Source: Deltaproteobacteria bacterium (lineage in GTDB: Bacteria > Desulfobacterota > Dissulfuribacteria > Dissulfuribacterales > QOAL01). Taken from it: a stretch of 64,000 nt of DNA. Of the stretch, positions 27,996 through 36,708 are shown piece by piece (positions within the stretch are counted from its first letter, which is position 1; every line of letters starts with the position of its first letter). The notes beneath the pieces are model-generated. The model saw only the letters and a list, made by a program, of their open reading frames with translations. It made no database searches and was not told where the DNA came from. The DNA lies in NCBI GenBank assembly GCA_027067775.1, contig JAMOVK010000150.1, forward strand, positions 11,564 to 75,563, given 5' to 3'. The translations under genes were made by a program, and so were the position numbers.

Positions 27996-29558
27996 ATGGA
28001 TACAGCTGTTTATGCATTTTACGCTACATTTTCGTTTATTTGTTCTTGCATCTTTTTAATAGCCTGTGGTTTGGGGCTATACTCTCTTTACCTTACCGGA
28101 AAGGGTGAGGTACCAGAAGAACAAAGAAAAAAGAACCTTGCTTTTCTTTACAATAGAAAGGTCGGTATTGCATTTCTTATTGTAGGTCTGATTTTTGGTA
28201 TAGTCGGATATAGAATGTCACCGTCTGCAGTGGCCAAGAGAATGGGAATCAGTCTTGAGGCAGAACACCATGGTGAAAAGGCAGTCCATGAAGCAGTTCA
28301 CGAGGCAAAGGGACATGAAGCAGCCAAGAAAGAGGAGATAAAGGCAGTTCACGAAGAGAAGAAGCAAGCGGTTCACGAAGCCAAGAAAGAGGAAAAGATA
28401 GAGAAGAAAGAAGCAGTTCATGAGGCAAAGGGACATGAAACGGCCAGAAAAGAGGAGATAAAGGCAGTTCACGAAGAGAAGGTCCAGGTCGAAGTCCAGA
28501 AACAGCCATCGGTGGAGGAAGTGGTTATGAGAAAGGCTGCTGGCTGGACAAAGACGGAAATGGCCCTTAAAAAGACAATTGCTGTATTGCAAGACCAACT
28601 CAAAAGCGCAAAAGAGCAGTTGAAAGAGAAAAATGCAGCCTTTTCAAGTGTCAGTGAAGAACTTGCCAAGCTAAAGGCCCAGTTGGAGGCTCTTAAAAAG
28701 GAGAACGAAAGGTTAAAAAAGGGTGGAGACTTGCAAAAGGAGCTTGAGGCCTTAAAGGCTGAGAACAGCAAGCTGAAAGAAGAGATAGCCAGTCTCCAGA
28801 AATCAAAGGCTGCGCTCGAAAAGGAACTTTCCGAGCTAAAGGCTGGATCTGAAGTGGCCGAGAACATTATTAAGGAAAACAAGGAACTAAAGGCTAAGAT
28901 TGCTGCGATTGAGAAAGAGAGGGATGAGCTCAAGACAAAATTGCAACAGGCTGAAGAGAACTTAAAGGCATTGCAGGCCAAGATTGCAGCTGTTAAGGAA
29001 CTGGAGGCCAAGTTGAAGGCAACCACAAAGCTTTCAGCAAATGAAAAGGCCAGATTTGAACAGCTTGCCAAGGAGGCGGCAGAACTTAAGGCACAGTTGC
29101 AAGAGGCTAAACAAAAGATAGCCGAGATGGAAGCTGGATATCAGAAGGCTATAAAGGAGGCAGAAGAACTAAAGGCAAAGAATAAGAGTCTTGAGCAGAG
29201 TCTGAAATCACTGACCGATTCTTTGGATATGAAGGTGGTAGAGCTCACCAATCTCAATTCAAAGTATGGCCTTCTGAAGGACAAGGCCAAAATGAAAGAT
29301 GAGAAGATAAAGATGCTTCTTGAAGCCAACAAGGCAATGGAAGACAGGATTTCTTTATACACCACCAGAATCCGTACCCTTGAAGCAGAGATAAAGGCAA
29401 AAGAAGATCTGATTAAAAAACTTCAGGAAAAGCTTTCGGGCAAAGTAAGTATGGGGATACCTTCAATTTCACCAAAGGTGACCACCCAGGTGAAGGAACT
29501 TAAGCCTGCAAAAGCAACTGAGACTCATTCAGAAGAGAAGGCAGCTGTGAATGAGTAG
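27996..29558 (+). CDS. Membrane-anchored coiled-coil protein with N-proximal His-rich AVHE repeats, function unknown
   Basis: 520 aa. Two N-terminal TM helices, an AVHEAKGHE...KAVHEEK repeat block, then about 350 aa of A/E/K/L-rich coiled coil. SD GGGAGGA lies before the ATG. Confidence 0.6.
   Translation: MDTAVYAFYATFSFICSCIFLIACGLGLYSLYLTGKGEVPEEQRKKNLAFLYNRKVGIAFLIVGLIFGIVGYRMSPSAVAKRMGISLEAEHHGEKAVHEAVHEAKGHEAAKKEEIKAVHEEKKQAVHEAKKEEKIEKKEAVHEAKGHETARKEEIKAVHEEKVQVEVQKQPSVEEVVMRKAAGWTKTEMALKKTIAVLQDQLKSAKEQLKEKNAAFSSVSEELAKLKAQLEALKKENERLKKGGDLQKELEALKAENSKLKEEIASLQKSKAALEKELSELKAGSEVAENIIKENKELKAKIAAIEKERDELKTKLQQAEENLKALQAKIAAVKELEAKLKATTKLSANEKARFEQLAKEAAELKAQLQEAKQKIAEMEAGYQKAIKEAEELKAKNKSLEQSLKSLTDSLDMKVVELTNLNSKYGLLKDKAKMKDEKIKMLLEANKAMEDRISLYTTRIRTLEAEIKAKEDLIKKLQEKLSGKVSMGIPSISPKVTTQVKELKPAKATETHSEEKAAVNE
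28281..28481 (+). repeat. Intragenic tandem repeat, 120-bp (40-codon) period
   Basis: The 69-nt unit at 28293-28361 recurs at 28413-28481 with about 5 mismatches by my alignment. Shorter GCAGTTCA(C/T)GA(A/G) (AVHE) sub-repeats lie throughout. Confidence 0.75.
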
Positions 29559-29594
29559 CGTTTTTAAATAACCACAACCAAAAGCCTAAAATAG

Positions 29595-29640
29595 ACTGGC
29601 CGTTTGATCTTTTTATCAGGTTAAACGGCCAGTTTGCGTT
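29595..29640. terminator. Bidirectional hairpin between convergent genes
   Basis: Perfect 11-bp stem ACTGGCCGTTT (29595-29605) / AAACGGCCAGT (29623-29633), with moderately T-rich flanks on both strands. Confidence 0.5.
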
Positions 29641-29662
29641 TGGAACAGCTCGTCATTGGTCT

Positions 29663-30610
29663 TTACAGAGCTTTTATGATTTGTCCGAGCGTTGTTTCAA
29701 GCCTACAGGTGACGTTGTGCCTGTGAATGCTTTCGTAGCTTGTTGTTCGAACACGGATTACACTGTCTGGATGAAGTTCTTTTCTAAACGCCATTCCAGC
29801 CTGTTGTGCCACCATCCTGACAACATCTTCAGCAAACTGAGGGTTGCTGTGGCATAGCCATACAAGTTCTGCCTCGTCTGGCCGTTTCAGAAGGTCTTGG
29901 CTCAGGTGTAGGCATGAGCTCAAGCACCTGTAAAGTTGGGAAAAGGCCGGTCGGATTCCAATACTTTCAACCTCTATCCAAGTAATACATCTTTGAGAAT
30001 GCGTTGGATAAGGTGCTGTACTTCTAGTGCAATCATCGAAAAGTTTGCGATTGTAGACCTGGGTGCAAGGGCATGCGGTTATATGATACACTCCTGTACC
30101 CATGCAATATGATTTTTCTATCCCGTCTTTTTCCTTAAAAAGAGTAGCAGTACAATGGATGAGAACAGAGTCGGTGGAGTTTACAAGGCTTACTGGGGTC
30201 TTTAATAACTGGGGGATTTCACCTTCCAATTTGATCCGGGCCTTTCGGGCCCTCTGGCCTTTTAGTATTTGATCACCGAGTGTGACAGCATACTCCGCAA
30301 TGTCTGCAAACGGATGGAGATAAAGTTGGCTTATGGCCTGCTCCATACGAGACATGTGTATCCCTTTATAATTACCTGGCAGGTCAACGGATATTTCGCC
30401 TTTAAATGGTATCAGACCTTGAGGCAGTTTTATCCACAGGGTCTTTTCGCTAATTCCCACCTCGTTTATCGGTAATGAAAAGGTGGGAGGATTTTCTGGA
30501 ACGTCTTCACTCTCCTGTAATACCCTTTGGTGTTTTTCCTTTGAAAATCCTGTTTTTAGATGAGTCCGTGTTTTCTCAGGCTCATGTACCAGTCCTGAAC
30601 GCTTTTCCAT
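29663..30610 (-). CDS. GTP cyclohydrolase, FolE2/MptA family (GCYH-IB, COG1469)
   Basis: 315 aa. Matches remembered FolE2 motifs: LPINEVGI, KGIHMSRM (cf. KGTHMSRF), ITACPCTQ (cf. SLCPCSKE), THSQRC, LLKRPDEAE...NPQFAEDVVRMVA, ESIHRHNV. SD GAGGGA lies before ATG 30610. Overlaps the upstream gene by 55 nt. Confidence 0.85.
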   Translation of the reverse strand: MEKRSGLVHEPEKTRTHLKTGFSKEKHQRVLQESEDVPENPPTFSLPINEVGISEKTLWIKLPQGLIPFKGEISVDLPGNYKGIHMSRMEQAISQLYLHPFADIAEYAVTLGDQILKGQRARKARIKLEGEIPQLLKTPVSLVNSTDSVLIHCTATLFKEKDGIEKSYCMGTGVYHITACPCTQVYNRKLFDDCTRSTAPYPTHSQRCITWIEVESIGIRPAFSQLYRCLSSCLHLSQDLLKRPDEAELVWLCHSNPQFAEDVVRMVAQQAGMAFRKELHPDSVIRVRTTSYESIHRHNVTCRLETTLGQIIKAL

Positions 30611-31365
30611 TTGCTTCCCTCGTTTATTATTAGATTTGATACTTTTTCAAGATGTTTAATCTCTTTGTCCAGTGAGTTTTGGGCTGCCAGTTTCTGTAAT
30701 TTCCCAACTACAAAGAGGGCTGAGTTTGCCGAGAAGTTTTCCCAGCATAGGTTTTTTTGATGGATTCTTCTTTTTGTAACGATCACTGGCACAAAATTAA
30801 ATGCATGTCTTAGCGCAACGGTAGCAAAAAAGATCCAGTCTTCACCCAGGGAAAGCTTTGGGAAACCTCCTGTCTGCATGAAAATATCCCGTTCAATGGC
30901 AAAGGAAGAAGGTACAAGGGAGCACCAGCGGAACAAATTTTTGTATATGGGTTTCTTCTTGTCAAACTCTTTGCCAGGAATCACAAAGGGCTTACTGAGA
31001 CAGGGGCCTTCGTTTAAGGTCATGCCAAAAGAACAGCCGCCCTGTTCATATATGGGTTGCATAAGCTCGCTTACGTGGTGGCTTATCCAGAGATCATCCG
31101 AATCCAGGAACATTAATATCTCAGCCCTGGTAGATCTGGCCCCAAGGTTTCTGGCCTCGCCAGGTCCAAGCCCCTGGGTCTTCACAAGCCTTACCATTGG
31201 AAAACGTCTCTTGATTACCTCTGGTGTACCATCTGTGGAGCCGTCATCAACCACCACTATCTCTTGAGGTTTAAGGGTTTGCGTAAGTATGGATTCAAGG
31301 GCCTGTAAAACCAGTTTCCTCCTGTTTTTAACCGGTATTACGCAGGCTATTTCTGGAGCTGACAT
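30556..31365 (-). CDS. Family 2 glycosyltransferase
   Basis: 269 aa. GT-A N-terminus CVIPVKNRRKLVLQALESILTQT...VVVDDGSTDGT and FLDSDD (DxD). Confidence 0.8.
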   Translation of the reverse strand: MSAPEIACVIPVKNRRKLVLQALESILTQTLKPQEIVVVDDGSTDGTPEVIKRRFPMVRLVKTQGLGPGEARNLGARSTRAEILMFLDSDDLWISHHVSELMQPIYEQGGCSFGMTLNEGPCLSKPFVIPGKEFDKKKPIYKNLFRWCSLVPSSFAIERDIFMQTGGFPKLSLGEDWIFFATVALRHAFNFVPVIVTKRRIHQKNLCWENFSANSALFVVGKLQKLAAQNSLDKEIKHLEKVSNLIINEGSKWKSVQDWYMSLRKHGLI

Positions 31366-32108
31366 TTGTTGCCAGGTGGGAAAAGCCTGGCTGCTTCACT
31401 GATATTTCCAGCAAGAGCCAGGTCGATGTATCGTTCGATTTTAGGAACCATTTCTTCAAGATATGCCTTGATATGCTTTTCTTTTGCAGTAGTGAGGGTT
31501 TGACAGAATAGACACTTTCTCTCTCCTCCTCCAGTAGAGGGCAGTCCATAATCTTCTAGAAGATGACGAGCAATATCCTCATCTGAAAAATCCTCATATA
31601 TAGGATATGCTGTAGTTATGCCAAAATGACCAGAAAGTTCAGCCATTTTTTTCATAAAGACAGGGGTCTGCTCAGGATAAAAAGACTGACGGCTTGCATA
31701 GCCCACAAGCAGGTAAGGCACATAGTTTTGCACACAATAAATTATGGCCTTTGCGTGCATGGCAAGCTTGCAGGCGATGCAGACAAGATTTTTGCCATGA
31801 AATTTGGGCATTAGCACTTCATAGGTGTCTAGCCATAACCCTTGGAAAAGACGGCCCACATCCAGTTCTACATAAGAGGAATCGGGACAGTCTTTGGTGT
31901 TTGGAACCTGACTTTCCAGAATCTTCCTTGCTACTTCAAATCTCTGTCTGGGAAACTGTGGAAATCGTGCCATACCGTTTAGCATGTGTAGTAAATGAAT
32001 CATCCTTGGCCGCTTGATCTCTTTGTGGTTGCCTGTCATGGCCAAGGCATAAATAGCCAGACTGTCTCTTCCGCCTGAATAGAGAATGGCCAAATCCTGT
32101 CTATCCAA
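31347..32108 (-). CDS. PP-loop (adenine nucleotide alpha-hydrolase superfamily) ATPase, subfamily unclear
   Basis: 253 aa. N-terminal LAILYSGGRDSLAIYALA (SGGxDS PP-loop), plus Cys pairs CIAC and CLFC. Not a typical QueC by eye. Confidence 0.55.
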   Translation of the reverse strand: MDRQDLAILYSGGRDSLAIYALAMTGNHKEIKRPRMIHLLHMLNGMARFPQFPRQRFEVARKILESQVPNTKDCPDSSYVELDVGRLFQGLWLDTYEVLMPKFHGKNLVCIACKLAMHAKAIIYCVQNYVPYLLVGYASRQSFYPEQTPVFMKKMAELSGHFGITTAYPIYEDFSDEDIARHLLEDYGLPSTGGGERKCLFCQTLTTAKEKHIKAYLEEMVPKIERYIDLALAGNISEAARLFPPGNKCQLQK

Positions 32109-32754
32109 TATCTTGCTCCTTTTTTATCCTATATCGTAAAAAGAGCTCACCCGTTTCCAAGTGTGTTTTACAAGAGATAAGCTCCAGATTCATGAAGGGA
32201 TGGCCAAGATCGCATTCACCTTGTACAAGGCGTATTCCACGGTTCGAAGTAAGTAGTTTAGGGGCTATGGTTACAATAAGTTCGTCTGCAATCTTTTGCT
32301 TTAGCGCATAAAAGTTCAATGTGCCGCCCCCTTCAATAAGGAGCCTTTTTACCCCGTGCTCTTCAAGAATATGGCATACCCGGGTGAGATCCAGTTCTCT
32401 TGGGGCCAAAAGGTCGACAGGGAAAAGATGGGCCATATCAGAAAATCGTCTCTTTAGATTTTCCTCTTCTTTCTTGCTGCAAAAGATAAAAGGTTTGGGA
32501 CCACTGCCAAAGATGCTCTTGTTGGTTGGTATGTCTCCTGACATGGTTATCAAGGCCCTTACACGTCTTTGCGGAACTTTTCCAAAAGGAACCTCCAGCT
32601 TGGGGTCTCCTTCCCGCAGGGAACCTGCACCAAGAAGGGTGGCATCTGTTCGATGACGCCATCTTTCGAGATGATGCCTATCTTTTTGACTGCCAAACCC
32701 GACGGGACTGATCCTGCCACACAGGGTCTGGATGCAAATGATGTAGCATTTCAT
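32101..32754 (-). CDS. RibD C-terminal-domain (DHFR-like) reductase
   Basis: 217 aa. SPVGFGSQKDRHHLERWRHRTDATLLGAGSLREGDPKL and LLIEGGGTLNFYALKQKIADELIVTIAPKL are typical of the RibD_C / diaminohydroxyphosphoribosylaminopyrimidine reductase fold. Confidence 0.7.
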   Translation of the reverse strand: MKCYIICIQTLCGRISPVGFGSQKDRHHLERWRHRTDATLLGAGSLREGDPKLEVPFGKVPQRRVRALITMSGDIPTNKSIFGSGPKPFIFCSKKEEENLKRRFSDMAHLFPVDLLAPRELDLTRVCHILEEHGVKRLLIEGGGTLNFYALKQKIADELIVTIAPKLLTSNRGIRLVQGECDLGHPFMNLELISCKTHLETGELFLRYRIKKEQDIG

Positions 32755-32765
32755 CAGGGCCGGTT

Positions 32766-33986
32766 TCAGTAAGCACCTTCTAGGTCTATATGTTCAAGCA
32801 CTGCCAAAGTCTGCCGCGCTATTTCTAGTTCCTCATTAGTTGGTACCACCAGGACCTTTATTGTACTGTGTTTGGAGGAGATTGTAGCTGGATTGCTTAA
32901 TCCTTTTGTTTTGTGGTTAATTGACTGGTCTAAATGAATACCTAGCCAGTCTAGGTCCTGACAAATTTTTTGTCTGACAAAAGAAGAATTTTCACCAATA
33001 CCTCCCGTAAATATGATGCAGTCAGGCCTGCCAGTTAAAGCCATGTAGGCTCCTACATACTTTCTTGCACGGTGGCAAAAAATGTCTATGGCCAAAAGTG
33101 CTTGATCGTCTCCTGTCTCGACTCTTTGTTCTATAGTACGCATGTCACTTTCACCACATAGGCCCAAAAGTCCGCTTTGTTTGTTTAATAGACTGTCAAT
33201 TTCATCAATAGACAGGCCAAGATTTCTTGCAATAAAAGGAATGATTGCAGGGTCTATATCTCCGCTTCGTGTGCCCATTACAAGGCCTTCAAGTGGAGTA
33301 AGCCCCATGGAGGTGTCCATGCTCTTTCCATTTTTTACCGCGGCAGCACTGGCTCCATTGCCAAGATGAAGGCATATACACGAAAAACATTTGTAATTTT
33401 TTTTGAGATATTTTGCCGCCCGCTTTGTTACATAACTGTAAGAGGTGCCATGGAAACCGTAGCGTCTCACACCATGTTTTTCATACAATCGTGTAGGAAT
33501 TGCATATAAATAGGAAGATTCAGGAATGGTCTGATGGAATGCCGTGTCGAACACCGCAACTTGAGGCACCTGGGGGGCGTGTTCAAGAGCAACCTGGATT
33601 CCCGTGAGGTTGGCTGGATTGTGGAGCGGAGCAAGAGGTATGAGTGTTTTAATTTGTTCTATGACTTTTTTGTCTACAAGGACAGGTCCTGTAAAAAATT
33701 CTCCTCCGTGCACAACCCGGTGACCTATGCCAGAAAGCTGCGAAAGATCTGGTACGATTTCCCAGAAGGACAAGAGTGATGACACCACTTTTATGGCCTC
33801 TAGGTGGTTCCTGATTTCCGTGGAATCCTGTTGGATTAAGGAACCATCTGGTTTATAAAATTTGACAGCGCTTTTACTGCGGCCTATTTCTTCAACAATT
33901 CCCTTGGCAACGACCTTAAGGTGATGACCAGAAAATAATTTGAATTTCAAAGAAGAGCTGCCACAGTTCAGAACTAGGACATTCAT
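32766..33986 (-). CDS. ackA: Acetate kinase
   Basis: 406 aa. MNVLVLNCGSSSLKFKLF, RRYGFHGTSY, PTNEELEIA. Confidence 0.95.
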   Translation of the reverse strand: MNVLVLNCGSSSLKFKLFSGHHLKVVAKGIVEEIGRSKSAVKFYKPDGSLIQQDSTEIRNHLEAIKVVSSLLSFWEIVPDLSQLSGIGHRVVHGGEFFTGPVLVDKKVIEQIKTLIPLAPLHNPANLTGIQVALEHAPQVPQVAVFDTAFHQTIPESSYLYAIPTRLYEKHGVRRYGFHGTSYSYVTKRAAKYLKKNYKCFSCICLHLGNGASAAAVKNGKSMDTSMGLTPLEGLVMGTRSGDIDPAIIPFIARNLGLSIDEIDSLLNKQSGLLGLCGESDMRTIEQRVETGDDQALLAIDIFCHRARKYVGAYMALTGRPDCIIFTGGIGENSSFVRQKICQDLDWLGIHLDQSINHKTKGLSNPATISSKHSTIKVLVVPTNEELEIARQTLAVLEHIDLEGAY

Positions 33987-34113
33987 AATAGGTAAGAACC
34001 ATCTGTTAAGATAAAGCCCTGCTGTAAGATTATAAAAGCAGTCTTACAGAAAGAGAAGCTGCAAGCAAGAAGACAGGTGCATTGGATCTCGAGCCATCCC
34101 TGCCTTGTAAGAT

Positions 34114-36069
34114 TTAAAATTCTTTAACAGCCTTTATTATGGAGTCATGGTCTATGCCATGCATTCTATAAAGGTCAGCCGGTTTGCCAGAGCTGCCATA
34201 ACCTCTGACACCCAAGCATCTAAGTTTCTGATTAATGCCATGCTTTATCAATACTCTGGCAGCAATGGAGCCTATGCCTGTAGTGACTACATGATCTTCT
34301 ACTGTCAGGATTGGCCCCTGTTCGGCAGCCTCCACTATAGCATTTTCGTCAACAGGTTTTATGGAGGCCATGTTTAATACCGATACCTCTAAACCCATTT
34401 TTTGAAGTTCCTCCCACGCCTTCATTACGTAGGGAATGGTTGCTCCGTATGACAGTATGGTGCAGCTTCCTGGTTTTGCCTTTCTCAACCAGTCGCCTTT
34501 ACCTGGAACAAACTGGTAGTCTTTGCTGAAAAAGGGTTTTCCATCAAGATCCAGCACAACAGGTAATTTGGATCTGCCCATGCCTACAAAACAGTTTCCT
34601 TTGCTTGTAGCCACATGCCGGACTATTCTGTCTGTTTGGTTTGGATCAGCAGGCATAAAAATGGAAAAACCAAACAGATTTTCCATAAGACCGATGTAGT
34701 CTATACACTGATGGGTTGGGCCATCTTCACCCACATCAAGTCCATTGTGGGTGGAAACTATCTTGAGATTTGTTCCGTTTTGATCGCTAAGCCGATGCTG
34801 GTTATACGTTTCACAGACGGCGAATACACCAAAAGTACTGAAAAAAGACACGAATCCATCCCTTGTTGTTGCGGCTGAGCATACTGCTGCATGATGTTCC
34901 TGTATGCCAACCTCAAAAAAGGCATCCGGGGATACAGAATGAAAGCCGTTCATCTTTACAGAGCCTTCCAGGTCACAGCTGAAACCAAGAATTTTAGGAA
35001 CCTGTCCAGACTGGTTGTTCACCTCTGCAAGGGATTTAAGCGCGTTACCATAGGCAGAACGACAATCTGTGACAGTGTCTGCATCATATAAGATAGGCTC
35101 ACCAGGCAGAACCGTGTTGTCAGGCATTTTTCGCAAGGAATGAGAAGCGGTTTTTGGAATGCGGTTCTGCCGCTTTTCTTTCCACTGATCTAACAGATCA
35201 GACGGAAGCCCTATCTCTGCAAGGGCCTTTTTCGCCTGGTCTTCAGGGAGGGGTGAGCCATGGTATTTTTCCTTGTTCTCCATAAATGAGATCCCATATC
35301 CCATGACTGTTCTGTTCACTACAACAACCGGTCTTTCAGGATCGAGATCCTTGTGCAAATAGGCCCTTCTCAGTCCTTTGTAGAGCTGCTGAAAATCGTT
35401 TCCATCTGCTACATAAACAACATTCCAACCAGCAGCTTTATATTCGTCTCTTACCCTGACAGGCATAACCTGTTCGGTGTTGCCACCTATCTGCAGATGG
35501 TTCCTGTCTATGATGCATATCAAATTTTTCAGGTCATACTTAATTGCAAAACGTCTTGCCTCAGCTATCTGTCCTTTTTGCTGTTCGCCATCTCCCATGA
35601 GGCAGTAGGTTTTGTTATCTGTCTTCTCATTGAGTTTGGCAGACAAAGCAAAACCATCGGCGGCAGAAAGACCTTGACCCAGATTGCCGGTGTTCCATTC
35701 AATCCCTGGCACCGACTGTTCGACATGGCCTCCAAAGGCAGAGCCAGCCCGTCGGAACTCTGTAATGAAATCCTCTTCTGAAAAATAGCCATATTCACTT
35801 AATACTGCGTATACGCCTGGAGAGATGTGGCCGATGCTCACAATAAACCTTTCCCTTTCTGGCCAGTCAGGATCTTTAGGGTTATGCTTCATAAAGGCAT
35901 ACAGCAGTAACAAGGTATGAAGGCTTGAAAGCGAACCTCCAGGATGGCCGCTTTTTGCCAGAGTTGTAGACAAAATTATACGACCTGCACACCTTTGCCA
36001 CATGGCAGAAAGGGTTTCCAGCTGGTCCTTTGAAAGTTCCTCAGTGCTCTTTATGTCTATAGTGAACAT
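34114..36069 (-). CDS. tkt: Transketolase (single-polypeptide form)
   Basis: 651 aa. SGHPGGSLS, the ThDP motif GDGEQQKGQIAEA...NL and the C-terminal pyrimidine-binding half. Confidence 0.88.
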   Translation of the reverse strand: MFTIDIKSTEELSKDQLETLSAMWQRCAGRIILSTTLAKSGHPGGSLSSLHTLLLLYAFMKHNPKDPDWPERERFIVSIGHISPGVYAVLSEYGYFSEEDFITEFRRAGSAFGGHVEQSVPGIEWNTGNLGQGLSAADGFALSAKLNEKTDNKTYCLMGDGEQQKGQIAEARRFAIKYDLKNLICIIDRNHLQIGGNTEQVMPVRVRDEYKAAGWNVVYVADGNDFQQLYKGLRRAYLHKDLDPERPVVVVNRTVMGYGISFMENKEKYHGSPLPEDQAKKALAEIGLPSDLLDQWKEKRQNRIPKTASHSLRKMPDNTVLPGEPILYDADTVTDCRSAYGNALKSLAEVNNQSGQVPKILGFSCDLEGSVKMNGFHSVSPDAFFEVGIQEHHAAVCSAATTRDGFVSFFSTFGVFAVCETYNQHRLSDQNGTNLKIVSTHNGLDVGEDGPTHQCIDYIGLMENLFGFSIFMPADPNQTDRIVRHVATSKGNCFVGMGRSKLPVVLDLDGKPFFSKDYQFVPGKGDWLRKAKPGSCTILSYGATIPYVMKAWEELQKMGLEVSVLNMASIKPVDENAIVEAAEQGPILTVEDHVVTTGIGSIAARVLIKHGINQKLRCLGVRGYGSSGKPADLYRMHGIDHDSIIKAVKEF

Positions 36070-36089
36070 TTTCTCCCCATCAAGTGTAA

Positions 36090-36626
36090 CTAGCTCTGAC
36101 TGTCGAAGATTTTTATTACTTCGTTGGTAATATCTGTACCAGGGGCCACATAGTAGAGTCCCGGCATGTTCTTTTCAAGGATTATAAGATAGTGTCTTTC
36201 CTTACCGATCCTGTTAACCACCTTTTCAAGCTTTTTCAGGACAGGTTCCATCTTTTTTGCTTCAGCCTGGCGCATTTCATACTGGGCGTCATCGCTCTTG
36301 TCCTTGAATTCCCTGAGCAATTTTTTGTACTGTCTTTCTTTCTGGGCCCTGGCCTCCTCACTCATAAGAGGGCCCTTTTTTTCAAGATCTTTTTTAAAGG
36401 CCTGAAGCTCTCTTTGCTTGGCCTGAAGTTGTTTTTTCAGGGTTTCAAATTTTCTGTTGAGTTCCTGCATGGCCCTTTTCCCTGCCTTGCAGGTCCTTAC
36501 CACTTTTTGCATATCAATCACTGCAATAATCTTGTTTTGTGCATATGTACTTAATGATGTGGAAACAAGAAAGATTATAGTGGCGACCAGAATCAACCCA
36601 AAGGGCAAGCTTGCTTTTTTAATCAT
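36090..36626 (-). CDS. skp: OmpH/Skp family periplasmic chaperone
   Basis: Signal peptide then IAVIDMQKVVRTCKAGKRAMQELNRKFETLKKQLQAKQRELQAFKKDLEKK. I prefer ATG 36626 over the track start at 36662. Confidence 0.75.
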   Translation of the reverse strand: MIKKASLPFGLILVATIIFLVSTSLSTYAQNKIIAVIDMQKVVRTCKAGKRAMQELNRKFETLKKQLQAKQRELQAFKKDLEKKGPLMSEEARAQKERQYKKLLREFKDKSDDAQYEMRQAEAKKMEPVLKKLEKVVNRIGKERHYLIILEKNMPGLYYVAPGTDITNEVIKIFDSQS

Positions 36627-36708
36627 AGTATTGTTTTTCCTCCATGAAAAAAATGGCCACACGCCTCTTGCTGTGCGGCCCTTAAGTTTTTGAATTTGTC
36701 ATTCAACT

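Noticed and set aside
28469-29071. 200-aa antisense ORF, plus 28218..28598 and 28249..28509, opposite the coiled-coil gene
   Set aside because: The Ser/Ala/Phe-rich low-complexity translation is the expected mirror of a Lys/Glu/Ala-rich coiled-coil gene. There are no start signals.
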